A DNA stretch of 64,000 bases from Rebecca billardiae RCC1528 (Eukaryota; Protista; Haptophyta): contig OZ251248.1 in the NCBI GenBank assembly GCA_965240325.2, positions 682,001 to 746,000 of the forward strand, in the 5' to 3' direction. Position numbers and translations under genes: made by a program. This document shows positions 32,126-45,357 of this stretch, one piece after another (positions within the stretch are counted from its first letter, which is position 1; each line of letters starts with the position of its first letter). The notes under the pieces were generated by a model that worked only from the letters and a program-made list of their open reading frames with translations, searched no databases and had not been told where the DNA came from.

Positions 32126-34521
32126 ATGTCGCAGCGCACGCGCAAGAGCACCTTCGCCACGTGCCCGATGTGCGGCCAGTACTTCTCGCCTGACCTCATC
32201 CTGCAGCACGCGGACGCGTGCGCGCGCGCGCGCTTCCGCGTGAAGCCCAAGCCGTCCGCGTCGAAAGGTGCGCTTGCGAGCGATGCACGCGCGCGTCCCG
32301 CGTCGGGCGCCGCCGTGCACGCCGCGTGCTCAGCGCGCCGCGCGGACCGCGCGCCCCTGAACCCAACCCTCGGCCTCGGCGCAGGTGCCAAGGCGCGCGC
32401 GTCGAGCAGCGACGAGCCGCCGCACCCCGAAGAAGGCCCGGCCGCCGACGCGGGCCTCGCGGAGGGCGCTCCTGCCGCCGCCGACGAGCCGCTCCCGTCC
32501 GTCGCCGAGCGCAAGCGGCCCCTGTCGGAGCCGGCCGCCAGCGGCGCGCCGCGCGCCCCCAAGCCCAAGCAGCGCAAGCTGCAGCAGCCGCGGCCGCCGC
32601 CGCCGCACGGCGTAGACCCCGCGCGCAAGGGCTCGAAGAAGCCCAAGGCCGCCAAGCCCAAGAAGGGCGCCAAGAAGGGCGCCGACCAGCCGCCGGGCGC
32701 GGCCGGTCCGTCGGCGCTGCCCGCGGATGTGGACGAGGTGGTGATTGAGGGCTTTGCCATCCGCAGCCTCAAGCTGGACGAGACGATGGCGCCGCTCTGG
32801 GCGGCGCTGGGTGGCGAGGCGCACGTCGCCAGGCCCGGCGCGCGCGTGCACCGCCAGCACGCGCATGCCATGGCCGTGCCGATGCCCGCGCCGCTGGCGC
32901 AGCCGCCGGTTGCGCCGAGCGCGAGCTGCCTTCCCAACGGCGAGGCCTGCGCGGAGCCCCAGCCGCCGCCGACCGGCCTCGCGCCGGTGTCGGCCCAGCC
33001 GGCCTCGGCCAAGCCGGTGTCGGCCCAGCCGGCCTCGGCCAAGCCGGTGTCGGCCAAGCCGGCCTCGGCCAAGCCGGCCTCGGCCAAGCCGGCCTCGGCC
33101 AAGCCGGCCTCGGCCAAGCCGGCCTCGGCCAAGCCGGCCTCGGCCAAGCCGGCCTCGGCCAAGCCGGCCTCGGCCAAGCCGCTCTCGGCCAAGCCGGTGT
33201 CGGCCAAGCCGATGCCGGTCGGGGCTTGCGTCCCGAGCGCAGCAGCGGCAGCGACGGAGCCGGCGAGGCGGCCGGACGCGCCCAAGCGCAGCACGCCGCA
33301 GGGCGGGTCCGCTGCGCCCGCGGCGCCGCGCGCGAGCGGCGCGGGCGCCGGCGCGGCCGCGGGCGCGCCGCCCGCCGGCGGCCGCGCCGCCGCGGCCGGC
33401 CACGGCGGCAGCAAACCCAAGCCGCCGTCAAAGGCGGGCGCGCGCGGCCCCAAGCCGTGCCTCGCAGTCGCGTACAGCTGGCCGCAGGAGCCGTTCGGCT
33501 TTGAGACGGACGAGGAGGCGGAGCTCGTGGAGCGCGCGGAGCACTTTCTCGAGATGCTCCGGGTGCGCGCGCGCGCGCGCCCGGCGCGCCCAGCGGCGGC
33601 GGTGGTGCGCGTGTGCGCCGCCTGGCGGCGCTGCTGTGGCCGCCGGCGCGACTGTGCCCATTTGCCTTTTCGCGCGCGCGCTGCTGACGCGCCGCGCCGC
33701 GCCGCGCGCCGCGCGCCGCGCGCCGCGCGCGCTCTGCGCCGCAGTACCGCTTCGCGGACAAGCCGGCGGTGATCGAGGATGTGATGGGCTCGCTGTGCGC
33801 GTTCGTGGCGGGCGAGGCGGACACGCCCGAGGTGATGGAGCGCGTGTCCACGCGCCTGCAGCACGAGCCCGAGTTGCTCGCGGCCTTCACTGTGTTCCTG
33901 CCGCCCGGCTACTGCTTGCAGCCGGTGCCGTCGCGCCACCTGCCGTACCTCGCGTGCATCAGCGCGCCCGCCGCGTTCGAGCTCGCGAATAGCTTCGTCG
34001 ACCGGGTGTGCGCGCAGCTCGCGCCGGCGCCGCCGCTCGCGCTCTCGCTGCTACGCGCGATCGACCAGCTCCCCAGCGATCTCCCCGAGATCTCGTCGGT
34101 CGCGGCGCTGCTGGGCGCGCACGTCGACGCCGGGCTGCACGCCGAGCTGCCCGTGTGCGGCATGAGCATGGCGCAGGCCGAGGCGGTGCGCGGCGCAGCG
34201 GCGGACGCCACGGCGCTGCTGCAGTCGTGCCCGATGCCCGCGTGCGAGCTCGCGCGCGAGCTGATGCTCTACGTGCCCCTTGGGCTGCAGCACGGGCTGA
34301 CGAACGCGCTGCACGGGCACACGCATTACGTCACGTGCGACACGCGGCTGCCCCAGCTCAAGCCGGCGCGGCGCGCGAGCGGCGAGGCGGGCGCGGCCGC
34401 CGGTGCGGATGCGCCGGCGCGGACGTCGCAGCGCCAGACGCTGACGCCCGGCCCGATGGCGCCCGCGACGCCACTGGGCATGCAGGTCTCCGCGGCGCCA
34501 CTCGCCCCAGTCCAAGCCTGA
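32126..34521 (+). CDS. Nuclear protein with UBZ-type zinc finger, PASAK repeats and Sin3-type PAH domain
   Basis: Exons 32126-32267, 32385-33562 and 33745-34521 give 2097 nt (698 aa). Finger CPMCGQYFSPDLILQHADAC. PAH: AEHFLEMLRYRFADKP...DTPEVMERVSTRLQHEPELLAAFTVFLPPGY. Confidence 0.75.
32984..33208 (+). repeat. 15 x 15-bp coding minisatellite, P(A/V)SA(K/Q)
   Basis: Unit CCGGCCTCGGCCAAG, 225 nt in total. Confidence 0.95.
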
Positions 34522-35240
34522 GCAGTGAGCTGACGCCACGCCCACGCCGGCCATGCGGGCACGCCCGGGCCACGTGTGCAGCCGATCGAGCTCGAAATCG
34601 CCCGGAGCATTCCAGCTGGCCGCTGGCTGGCCAGCGGCGGCCAATGGCAATAATATTTTAATAACAGATTTATTTCGAATAATTAATATTTATTATATAT
34701 ATTTCATTAAATCAATAATAAATAATATATATCTAACTAGCCATGTGCCAATTACATCCGGAGCGAGCCGCATCGCGAGCCACCGTGCACGACTCCGGCG
34801 GAATCTGTGCGCAGTGCGGACCGTCGCGCAGTCGCACACGAGTCACGATCGGCGACCACCGAGATCCCTCACTCACGTGAGGCGCCTGCTGCCCTGCGCG
34901 GTACGGCCGACCTGACACTCACCTGACTGGCTGACAGACCCGAGTCAGACCGCCCCGCCGGCATGCCTCAACAAGCCTCTTGAGCAGGGGGCATGGCGTC
35001 GCACACGCAGCGGCGGCCCACAGAGCATGCGCGCGAGTCGGCGCAGGCTGGCGGGCGACGTGGCAGCACTCCCACGACCGCCATCAGACGCGCCCCGACT
35101 GCGCCGTCAGACGCGGCGCCCGCAGAGGCGCCACCGCCCGGTGCTGCGCGGCGGCGCGCACTCGAGGCGGGTGCGCGCGGCCGTGGCGCGCGGCGCCGCG
35201 GGTGCGGCGCCGCCCCGCCACGCGCCGAGCGAGCGGCCGC

Positions 35241-35702
35241 TCACTGGTTCGCCGTCGCCTCGAAGTTGTCCACGAGGTCGGGCATGTCGTCATCGTCGTC
35301 GTCGTCCTCCTCGGGGATGGCCCCTTGGCCGCCGCCGTACTGCTGCTCCGCCGCCACCTTCTTGAGCGAGGCGAGGTTGTCGGGTCCGAGCTGGTTGATG
35401 ATGCCCGGCAGCAGGTCCTGGAGCTTCTTCGTCTCCGCGTGCCCGCTGATCACGTACGTGTTCGCCGAGATGGACGCCTGCACCTTTGGGTTGGTGAAGT
35501 GCACGACCGTGCCGTTGTCCTTGAAGAGGTTCACCTCCTCGATCGCCGGGATGTTGTTCACACCCAAGCGCTTGAGTGTGCTCTGCAGCCGCTTATCGTC
35601 GGTGGTGGTCGTCTTGTGAATCGCCTTCTTCTTGCGCCGGACGGACCCCTTCCCGCCCGTGCGCACCGACGCCGCCATCTTCTCGAGTTTTTCCTTGTTC
35701 AT
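35241..35702 (-). CDS. BTF3: Nascent polypeptide-associated complex beta subunit / BTF3
   Basis: [73 protein letters not shown] and PDLVDNFE. 153 aa, intronless. Confidence 0.97.
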   Translation of the reverse strand: MNKEKLEKMAASVRTGGKGSVRRKKKAIHKTTTTDDKRLQSTLKRLGVNNIPAIEEVNLFKDNGTVVHFTNPKVQASISANTYVISGHAETKKLQDLLPGIINQLGPDNLASLKKVAAEQQYGGGQGAIPEEDDDDDDDMPDLVDNFEATANQ

Positions 35703-36134
35703 GGCTGCTGCGCGGCGCGAGCGCGCGCGCGCGCGCGTGGACGGCGTGCCGAGGCGAGGCGAGCGCGGCGTGAGCCAAGCGTGCCGACACTGGCGCCCTG
35801 GAGCGAGGCCCCTCGCCGCCGTGCCCGGCCGCTCCGAACCACAGGCGCACCCCGAGGGCGCGCGTGGGCAACTGCCGCGAGCCCCACCTGGCGGCGAGCG
35901 CTGACGACCGCGCCCGGGAAGGCTGCGTTCCATGCACCCGGACAGCCACCTGTCGACCTGCCCAGGCCGGTCCGGGTTGAGGGAGCGTCTTTGTCTCGAT
36001 TGGCGCAACCCCGGCCCGGACTGGGGTTTGCTCGTCAAACGCTGGCTGATGGCGGTGGTGCCACCGTCGTCCTGCTCGTGAGCCGGCCACCCGAAGCGGC
36101 GCCGCCCCACCGCGCGAGCCCTCGAGTCGGGGCG

Positions 36135-39100
36135 ATGGACGACGTGATCGCCGCATGCCTCGACGAGGTGGGCCTCTCGGGCGAGCAGGGCATCCGCACC
36201 GACGACCTCTGGGCGCGCGTGCGGCTGCGGTGCGACGCCGCGCTCGGCGCGCCGACGCGCGCGCGCGCGTGGCGCGCGCTGCGCGCGCACCCGTCCGTCG
36301 AGCGCGTGCGTGTGGGCGGGACAGACGTGGCGCGATCCACGTGGGCCGCGTGGGGCCTCGACGAGCTCGAGCGCGGCGTGGACGACGCGGACGCGCACGT
36401 CGCGCGCGTGGTCGGCGCGCGCGCGCTCATCCGGCGCGCACTGGGCATGCCCGCGGGCGCGGAGGTGAGCCGCGCGGACTGGCAGATGCTCCAGGCGATC
36501 GGCGTGCGGCGCGAGGCCGGGCTGCTCCAGAAGGAGGCGCACGAGGCGGCGGGCTGCGCCAAGCCGCAGGTCTTCCTCCCAATCCGCCACCTGCAGACGG
36601 CGCGGCTCGTGCAGGTAAGCCGAATCTGCCTGCGAGCGCTCGGCGCGCGCGGCGGCTCGATCACGACGAACTTGCTGCGGCTGGCGCGGTACCGCGCGGA
36701 CGCGCTGCCCGAGGTGCCGGGGTACTCGCTCGAGCCCATCGCCGCGACGATCGGCGCGCAGGAGCGCCCGGCGCTCCTCGAGCTCGTGCGCGCCTCACGA
36801 GATTCGGAGCTCGGCGCGATCGCGAGCGTGGAGGCACGCGACAGGCTGGGCGCGTGCGGCAAGGGGAAGGCGGGCGCGTGGCGCAAGCTGGTGGCGGAGC
36901 TGGTGGAGGAGGGGCTGGTGCGCGAGACCGTCGTGCTCTTCGGCACGGGGCGCCGCACCGAGCGCCGCGTGCACTGCCTGGAGTGGGCGGCGGACGACGA
37001 CGGCGCGGCGGCGGCGGCGGCGGGCGGCGGCGGCGGCGGCGCGTCGGCGGCGGCGGCGGCGCGCGCGCACGGCGCGTGGTGGGGGCAGGGTCTCGCGCTC
37101 GACGCGGGCGCGGGCGCGCAGGCGCTCGAGCTCATCGCCTCGCGCGGCGCCGCCGGCCTCGGCTCGACCGCCCTGCGCACCGCGCTGGCCGTCGACCCCA
37201 AGCTGGCGGCGCGGCTCATCGAGGCGCTCGCCGTTTCCGGGAACGTTCGCCGATCTCGCGATCTGGTCAAGAAGACAGACGAGTTCCTGGCGATCGCCAC
37301 GCCGAAGGGGCTCGCCGCGGCGGGCGGGCGCGCGCGCGCCGCCGCGGCCGCGGCCACGGCGAGGCTGCCGCCCACGCACCACGCCCCACCGCCGCGCGCG
37401 CCGCCGCAGCAGCCGGCGCCACTGACCGAGCGCGCGGCGGCGGCCGCGCCGGCCGCGCCGGCCGCGGGCGCGCTCGTCGCCGTCGCGCCCGGCAGCGGCG
37501 CTGTCGTGCGCGCAGGCGGTGGGGTGGTCGCTGGCGCGGGGAGCAGCGCCGCCGGCGGCGGCGCTCCCGCCGCGCCTCCGCCCACCGCCGCCTCCGCCCC
37601 GCCCCCCGCGCAGCAGCGCCCCGCGCGCCAACTCGAGCGCTCGGCCACGCTCCGCCGCATCGTCGAGCACGAGCGCGCAGTGCTGCTCGAGTCGGCGGTG
37701 GTGGCGCTGTACTCGCACGAGGCGCGGCGCGGGCTGGCCGGGAAGGTGGACAAGGCGACGGTGGCGCGGCTCGCGGCGGGGCTCGCGGCGGAGGGCGCGC
37801 TGCGCGTCGAGAGCGTCCCGGACCCGGCGAGGCCGGACGGGCGCCTCACCCTCCTCCTCGCTGCGCAGCCGTCGGCGCACGCGCCCGCCGCGACGCCAGA
37901 CTGCGCGGAGGCGCAGGCGATTTGGGGGCTGTTCGGGAAGGGGCTGACGCAGCGGGCGATCAGCGCGCTGCTCGTGGAGCGGCTGGGCCAGCGCGCGGAC
38001 GCGGCCGAGCCGCATGACGGCGCGGGGCGCCAGCCGAACGCGCCGCGCGCGCTCGCGCGCTGGAGCGCGGCGGAGGCGGCACCCGGCGACGCTGACGGCT
38101 CGCGGCCGCCGCCGCTGATGCCGCCGCCGCGCCCGAGCGCCGCCGCGGCTGTGCGCCGGGTGGAGAGCTCGGCGCTGCCGAGCGCGCTCGCGGCGGGCAT
38201 GTCGGAGCGGCTGCACGCGCGGCAGGCCAGCTACTCCGTCGGCCTGATCCCGGGGCGGTACGCGCGCGCTCGGCGGCTGCACTCGCTGCTGCACGCCGCG
38301 GCGCGGCGCGCGGCCGGCGGCGCCAGCGCCGGCGCCGGCGGCGGCGCCGAATACGGCGCCGGCGGCGGTGGCGGCGGCAGAGACGATGGCGGCGGCGCGG
38401 CCACGATCACGGGCGCGGCGCGCGTCGTCGACGTCGCCGACGCGCTGTGCCAGGCGCCGCTCGCCCACGTCCTCGCCGTGCTCGGTGCGCCGCCCGAGAC
38501 CGCGCCGCTGCTGCTGCGCTCCACTGCGCGCGCCGCGCGCCCGCCGGCGCGGCGCGGCGCGATGCCTGCTGCACAGCTGAGCGCCACGCTGAGCGAGGCG
38601 GCCATGCTGGGCGGCGAGGACGGGGCGCGCGGGCGGGCGCTGGGCGCGTACGAGCCCGGCGTGCGCGACGCGCTCCTCCGCTCCCACCGCCTCCTCACCA
38701 AGCTGCGAAATTCACTCGCCCTCTTGGAGCAACTTGGCCTACTGCGCGTGCGGACGGAGGCGGCCGCGCGGCTGAGGTCGGCGGCGGCGCGCGCGGCCGA
38801 GTCGGCGGCGGCGGGGGCGGCTTCGGCCTCGGCGGCGCGGGCGCAGGCGGAGGAGGCGGAGGGCGCGGCGCCTGGGCTGAGCGTCGAGCTGCGCGAGAGC
38901 GCCGCCCTGCCGCCGCGCGACCACGCGCAGATCGCCGCCGGCGGCGGCGGCCCGTCGGAGGGCGGCCCCGAGCGCGGCAGCGGTGCCGGCGGCGCGTCCG
39001 CGTCCGCGTCCGCGCCGGCCGAGCACGAGCTGCTCACGGCGCGCGGCGTTGAAGGGTACTGGGAGGCGCTGCGCGAGCTGGCGCTGGGCGAGAGCCACGC

Positions 39101-41891
39101 AGCGGCGGCGGGCGCCGCGCAAGGCCGGCAGCGCTTTGCGCTCCACGCAGCCTCGCCCGATTCTGATTCCGATGGCGACGACGGCGACGACGACGACGAC
39201 GGCGGCGGCGGCGGCGGCGGCGGTGTTGGGGGCAGTAGCTCGGACGAGGCGGCGGAGGCGGCGCCGAGCGCCGCGGGCGGCGGCGGTGGTGGCGGCGGCG
39301 GCTCGGCGCGGCCGCGCCGCCGCGGCGCCGTGCCCGAGCCGCTGTATCGCCGCTCGAGCTGGAAGTCCTCGCCGCCCGCCAGCGCGACGGCGCGCGCGCT
39401 GTTGCTGCGCGTGTGTTCAGCACACCAGCTCGCGCGCGCGGACGACGCGGCGCTGCGCCAGCTGGCGCGCAGCGCGGGGCTGCACCCGTCGCAGGCGCGC
39501 GCGCTCGCCGCGGAGGCGCGGTGCGGCGGCGACCTTGGCGCGGCGCCGCCGCTCGAAGACGCAGCGGGCGGCGCGGAGGGGGCGGAGGCGGAGGAGGTGC
39601 CGCCGCCGCCGCCGCCAGCGCTACAGCCTGCGCACGCCGCGCGCGCCGACGCCGGCGCCGAGCCGCGCGCGCGCGCGCAGCACCCGCATGCGCAGCGCGG
39701 CGGCGGCTTGCTGCCCGCGCGGCTGGCGCTGCCGGCGGCGGTGCGCGCCGAGGCCGCGCCCGGCGCGCGCGCGGGCGCGGTGGCGCCAGGCGCCGCCGCC
39801 GCCGCCCCTTCACTCAGCACCGCCTCGCACAAGCGCGCTCTCAGCGCCGAGCCGGGCGGCGCGGGCGCGGGCGCGGGCGCGGAGGAGGAGGACGACGCCG
39901 AGCGGCGGCCTCGGCGCGAGCGCAGCCGCCGCTCCACGCCGCGCTGGACCGACGCGCAGGGCGCGGCGCTCGCAGGCGTGATTGCGCGCGCGGTCCGATC
40001 GGCCGTGAAGGGCGGCGGCGCCGCGCTCGCCGCGAGCCCGCCCGCCGAGCTGCCGACCGCCAAGCTCGCCATCGCCGAGTTCAAGGCGCGCGCGGTGGAC
40101 TGGGCGGAGGTGGCGCGCGCGGTCGGCGCGGCGAGCGGCGTCGGCGCCGCCGGCGCCCCGGCCGTGCCGCCCTCGCAGGACGCGTGCCGCCAGCGCTTCG
40201 GTTGGCTCACGAGCGTTCACCCGGGACACACGCGCCACCGCGCGTCGCTGCGCACGACGATCGCGCTCGAGCTCACGCGCGCGGAGCAGGCGGCCGAGCT
40301 CGACGCCGAGCCTGCCGTCGCGCCGTCCGCGCAGCGCCGCCACGCCGCGCTGTGCGCGCTCGGCGTGGCCTACTCGCTCGGCGTGAGCGCGCGCGGACGG
40401 CTTCTCGCACCCACGCGAGGCGCAGCGCGCGAGGAGGGCGGCGGCGGCGCCGCCGCCGCCGCCGCGGGCGTGGGCGGCGGTGGCGTGGGCCTCGCCGCGC
40501 CGGGCGGCGGCGGCGTGGCGCCGCCCAGTGCGCGGCGCGCCGCGCTGCTCCTACGGCTGCAGCTCATCTTCCGAAACCCAGACGCCGGCTACGAGCGGCG
40601 CGCGGCGCGCGCGCTGCTCGGCGCATTCAGCTCGGCCGAGCACTCGGCCGGCGTGGACGTGCTGCTTAGGGCGGGCTCGGTGGTGAAGGTGCGCAAGGTG
40701 GGCGCGCAGAGCCAGGTGCTGCCCGGCGTGGGCGGCGGCCGCGCCTCGCGCCGGCTGTACGTGCTCTCGCACGCGTGGCACATGCAGTTTGGCCCGATCG
40801 GCGGCGACGCCAAGCCGCGCGCGCTCGGCGCCGACGCGGCGCGCGCGCGCAAGCGGCTGCGCGCGGCGCTCGGCCCCGCGGAAGGCGCGCCCGCGGCTGG
40901 CGGCGCGCCCGGCGGCGGGCTGGACTACGGGCTGGCCGAGCTGACGAAGCCCACCGTCGCGCAGCTGATGGCGAGCCTCGCCCACGGGGTCGTGCGGCTG
41001 CAGCCGAGCCTGCAGCGGGCGAGCGCGCCAGGCGGCGCCGCGCTCTGCGCCGCGGCCGGCGCCGCGGCCGGCGCCGGCGCCGGCGGCGGCGGTGGCAGCG
41101 GCGGCGCAGGCGCGGGCGCGGGGGTGGGCGGCGGCGCGGCGCCACCTCTGCCCGGCGGAGCGGACGGCGCTGCCGCGCCGCCCGCGAGCGGGCCGGCCGC
41201 TGGCGCAGCGGGCGCGGGCGCCGCCACTGAGCCGCCGCCGCCGCCCGCGGCCGGCTCGGCCGGCGGCGCGGCGGCGCCCGCGCCTCACACCGCGGTGCGC
41301 GGCGCGGGTGTGCGCTTCGGCGTCAAGCAGCACCTGCGCAACGCGCCGCCCACGATGGCGGGCGGCCCCGCCGGCGCGCCGCCCCGCGCGCCGGGCGACG
41401 GCGCCGACGCGCGCGCCGCCCGCGCCGCGCCGCCCGCCGACGGCCGCGCCAGCGCGCAAGCGCTGCAAGCTGCCCACGTGGTCGCTCTGAGCGCGCGCGC
41501 GGGCGGCGCGCGCGGAGCGCGCGCGGGCGGCGGAGGCGCGGCCGAGCGATCGGCCTCCGATGGCGTGCCCACGGCCGCCGCGGCGCTCGGCGAGCTCGGC
41601 GGCAGCACCGGCGGCGCGCTGGGCGCGTGGCTCGGCGCGGGCGGCTGCGCAGGGCAGCGCGTGAGCGCGGCCGCGCGCTGGCCACCGCTCGTGCGCGCAC
41701 ACGCGCGCGCCGCGGACGCTGAGCGCGCGATGGGCGCGTGTGCCGAGGCCGCGCGGCGCGCGGGCGGCGCGCTCGCCGCCGAGCTCTGCGCGAGGCTCCA
41801 CGGTGCGCTGCGAGACGCCGGCGCCGACGGGCTGAGCGCGGCAGAGCTTGCGGCCGCGGCGCGCGCGCATGCCGCAGAGCTTTGCGCCGAG

Positions 41892-41953
<62 letters not shown>

Positions 41954-42838
41954 AGCAGAGGAGGCGGCGGTACGCGCGCGCGCTCGCGCGCTCGCGCGCA
42001 CGCGCGCACGCGCGCACCACCGCCGCCGCGTTGCGCGCACAGCCCGCCGTGACACCGCGCACCGCACGCCACACACGCGTGCGGTGCCCACGCCGCGTCC
42101 GCCCCTGGCTGCTGCTGCCGCCGCCGCCGCCGCTGCTGCGGCGTCGGCTGCGCAGGTGTGCGCGCTCCAGGCGCTGAGCGGTCACGCGCTGCTGCTATGC
42201 GTGTGCGCGCACACCGAATGGTGCGGCGCTGCGCGCGCGCGCGCGCCCGCTGCCCCCGCCCGCCCTCTCTCCGGCCGACCGCCGCCAACCCGCGCCGCGG
42301 CCCCGCCGCGCGCAGGCGCCTCATTGCGGCCGGCGCCGGCTGCGACGAAGCTCTGGCGCAGTGGTGCGTGCCGCTGGGCGGCGAGGACTCGGCCGCGGCG
42401 GAGGCGAGCTCCGCCGCGCCGCCTGGCAGCGGAGGCACGGTGCACGCGCTCGTGCAGCCCTGGCGCCTCGTCTCGGGCGCGCCGCACGCCGACTTCATCG
42501 CCGCCATGCGCCACGCGATCGGCTGGAGCGTCTTCTCCAGCCCCGGACTGACCGAGTCCGGGCTGCGCAGCCAGTTTGCGCACATCCCGCCCGCGGAGCT
42601 CTGCTGCTACCTCGCGCAGCTGCTGCGCGAGCGCGTGCTCGAGGCGCGCGCGTGCGCGCCCAGCCTCCACGCGGAGTCGCCCTTTGCGCGCGCCGGGCAG
42701 CGCAGCGCCGCGCCGCGCGCCGAGCGCGCCTTCTTCGCGACGGGCACGGTGCGCGCGCCCGCGGAGGGCGGCGGCAGTGCGGCGTTCGGCGGTGCGGCTG
42801 TTGACCTCGGCGACTTTCACTGGCCGGTCGAGCAGTAG
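36135..42838 (+). CDS. GTF3C1: General transcription factor IIIC subunit 1 (B-block-binding)-like
   Basis: N-terminus [20 protein letters not shown]...LW and B-block-domain-like [15 protein letters not shown]; later [10 protein letters not shown], a Myb-like RWTDAQ and C-terminal SSPGLTE. Exons 36135-41969, 42156-42220 and 42316-42838 give 6423 nt. Highly divergent and low-complexity. Confidence 0.7.
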
Positions 42839-43236
42839 CCGAGCACGTACGCTGCACGGCGTCGATCACGCGACGACGACTCGTGATGCGGCTAGTCACT
42901 CAGTAGTCGTTATCACCGCGTATAGCTGTCGTCTGCCTATACCGAGGGCCTATACGCGACGGCGCTGCTGCTGATGATGATGACGCCAGTCGCGTGGCGG
43001 GTAGTACTAGTATACATACGCGGAATCGGTGCGCGACGACGGCAGTGACGCGCGCATTGTCGTCATCAGCGAGCTGCTGCTCGGCCTCGGAACGACGGAC
43101 GGCGCGGACGAATGAATACTACAGAATAATGATGCGGCTCGGTGACTACCGATTATATTATATATACGCTACTCGCGATGTGACTACGACGCGATGATAC
43201 TACTGTACGCGTCGGCTGCTCCAGTGAGGCGCTGCT

Positions 43237-43947
43237 TCATAGACGCGGCTCGCCCTCGGGCCACGGGATGCCGTTCTCCTCCTCGTACTGCTGGAAGACG
43301 CGAAGCACGCCGAACGAACGCAGCCTGCGCGCGAGCTCGCGTGCCGAGTCGCCATCCCCTTCGAGACCGGAAGGCCGCTGGTGCGAGGCGCCTGCGCGCA
43401 CAAGCACGGCCGCGCCCTCCGCGAGGTTGTTGGTGGCCATGCGCTGGAGCGGCGTGTAGCCCCACGTGTCGACGGGGTCAAGCTCGGCGCCTGCGTCGAC
43501 GAGCAGCTGCGCCGCGTGCTGCGCCGGCTCCGACATCCCGCAGACGTGCAGTGGCCGAGCGCCGCCCGTGCAGAGGTCGTTGGCGAGCGAGCTGTCAGCC
43601 TGGAGGAGCGCCGCGACCTTGTCCAGGTCGCGGGCACGGATGGCTTGGTTCAGCTCGGTGAACCCGCCACCGGCATACACGGGCCCGGGCAGAGGGTTGT
43701 AATCGTCGAACTGCTTGCCGATCACGACGGTGCCGTTCAGGTGGCGCTCGACGCGGCCACCAAAGATGCCCGGGCCAACGGCGTCCGCCTCGGCGTCGAG
43801 ACCGGGGGCCGATGCGACGTGAGCACACGAGCGCCGTACTGCCATGCGCGAGCGCACGCGCGCGCCAGCGGGCGCGCTGCCGGGAGCCAGTGCGAGTGCG
43901 CTCCACACGGCGAGCGCGGCGGAGCACCCCGCCGCCACCATGATCAT
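43237..43947 (-). CDS. Ankyrin-repeat protein with N-terminal targeting peptide
   Basis: Ankyrin motifs GARPLHVCGM and DTWGYTPLQRMA, preceded by NPLPGPVYAGGGF. Signal-like N-terminus; start ATG at 43947 or 43941. Confidence 0.8.
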   Translation of the reverse strand: MIMVAAGCSAALAVWSALALAPGSAPAGARVRSRMAVRRSCAHVASAPGLDAEADAVGPGIFGGRVERHLNGTVVIGKQFDDYNPLPGPVYAGGGFTELNQAIRARDLDKVAALLQADSSLANDLCTGGARPLHVCGMSEPAQHAAQLLVDAGAELDPVDTWGYTPLQRMATNNLAEGAAVLVRAGASHQRPSGLEGDGDSARELARRLRSFGVLRVFQQYEEENGIPWPEGEPRL

Positions 43948-43984
43948 ATCGCGCGCGAAATCGAAGCTCAATCGCTCGAGAGCT

Positions 43985-43998
43985 TTTATTCCTTTATT
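43985..43998 (-). terminator. Tandem AATAAA putative polyadenylation signals for the dynein gene
   Basis: Two AATAAA hexamers on the minus strand about 60-70 nt after the dynein stop codon, in otherwise GC-rich sequence. Confidence 0.4.
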
Positions 43999-44056
43999 GA
44001 CAATTCCGGATCGTCGGATCTGAATAAATAGCGCGGCCAGCATGGCGGCCGCGGCC

Positions 44057-45318
44057 TCAGACGGAGAGGCTGAGGATGATGGCCGTCCCGCGCTTCGTCC
44101 AGTGCGCCTGCCCTTGGTCGGTGGGCACGCGCACGTACATGACGAAGTTCGAGCTGTGCCCCGTCGTCGCGAGCACGCCACGCCGCTCCGTCGTCTTGTA
44201 CACCGGGCAGTTGTAGTACGGGAAGTCTTTGAAGTTGGATGTGAGCGCGGGCTGTAGCAACAGCACCGGCACCGGCTCGAAGAGCACCTTGGGCATCGGC
44301 TCGTCGAGCATGAGCTCGTCGTTCATCCGCGCGCCCTCAAAGTACGCGCCGTGCACGTACGCCCCGTCCGCCGGCTTCGTCGCCGGCATCTCGTTGCGGA
44401 ACTCGAAGTCAAAGTCTACCGTGTCGATGGGGATTGCGTACTTGCGCGCGTAGTTTTGCAGCGTGCCCGTCATGAAGGCCTGCGGGGCGGGAGCGCGAGG
44501 AGCGCGCGGGGCGTGCGCGAGGTGAGCGTCCACTCGCGCCCCAGCCGAGGCGCACCGCGGGCAGCCGCCATCCGCCCTGCGGCCCCGGTGCGCGCGGCAC
44601 TCGCGCGGCGGCGCTCGGCGCGCGCCGCGCGCCGCGGCGCGCCGCGTCGGCGCGCGTCCGCACCTGCGTGAAGAAGAAGGCGGGCATGTTGAAGATGACG
44701 GGGACGCCGTCGTCCACCCACGCCTGGAAGAAGTGGAGCCTCATCACCACGTCCGCGACGTACGAGGCCAGCGGCTTGAGCGACGGGAACGACCTGCGGC
44801 GGGTGAGTGAGCGCGCACGCGCGGCGCGGGCGGCGTGCAGCGTGAGCGCGACCGCTTTGCGCCGCGCCGGCCGCCGCGCCGGGCCGCCGCGCTGCTGCCG
44901 CGCGCGCACTTCTTGAGCCAGAGCTCGGGGATCGCGTTCGAGAAGCACGCCTTCGCCACCGCCTCGAGCTCCGCGCTCATCACCACCTGGGCGCAGGCGG
45001 GCAGGCGCGCGCGCGGGAGCGGCGGCGTCAGCGGCCGCGCGGCGCACGCACACCCCGCCTCGACAGCGCGCGCGCCTCGATCGCCGCGCGCGCGCGCGCG
45101 CGCGCACCAAGCCCTTGAGCGCCTTGAGCACGTTCTGCAGCGAGGAGCGCATCGTGGCGGTGAGCTTGTTGAAGCGCGTGAGCTCCTGCGCGAGCACCGT
45201 GTTCATCGACTCGTCGTACAGCACCGGGTACTTCTTCTGCACCGCCTCGATGTCGAACTGCGCGGGCAGCTTTGCGAGGATGTCGTTGGCGAGCTCGGAC
45301 ACGAGCGAGTCGAACGAG

Positions 45319-45357
<39 letters not shown>

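Noticed and set aside
34980-36134. N-terminal extension of the 2523-aa ORF overlapping BTF3
   Set aside because: It starts at TTG and is antisense to the conserved BTF3 gene. TFIIIC-like sequence begins at ATG 36135.
41892-41952. (GGC)n tracts here and at about 45320 and 55600 as functional elements
   Set aside because: They are ordinary poly-Gly coding microsatellites, common in GC-rich algal genes.
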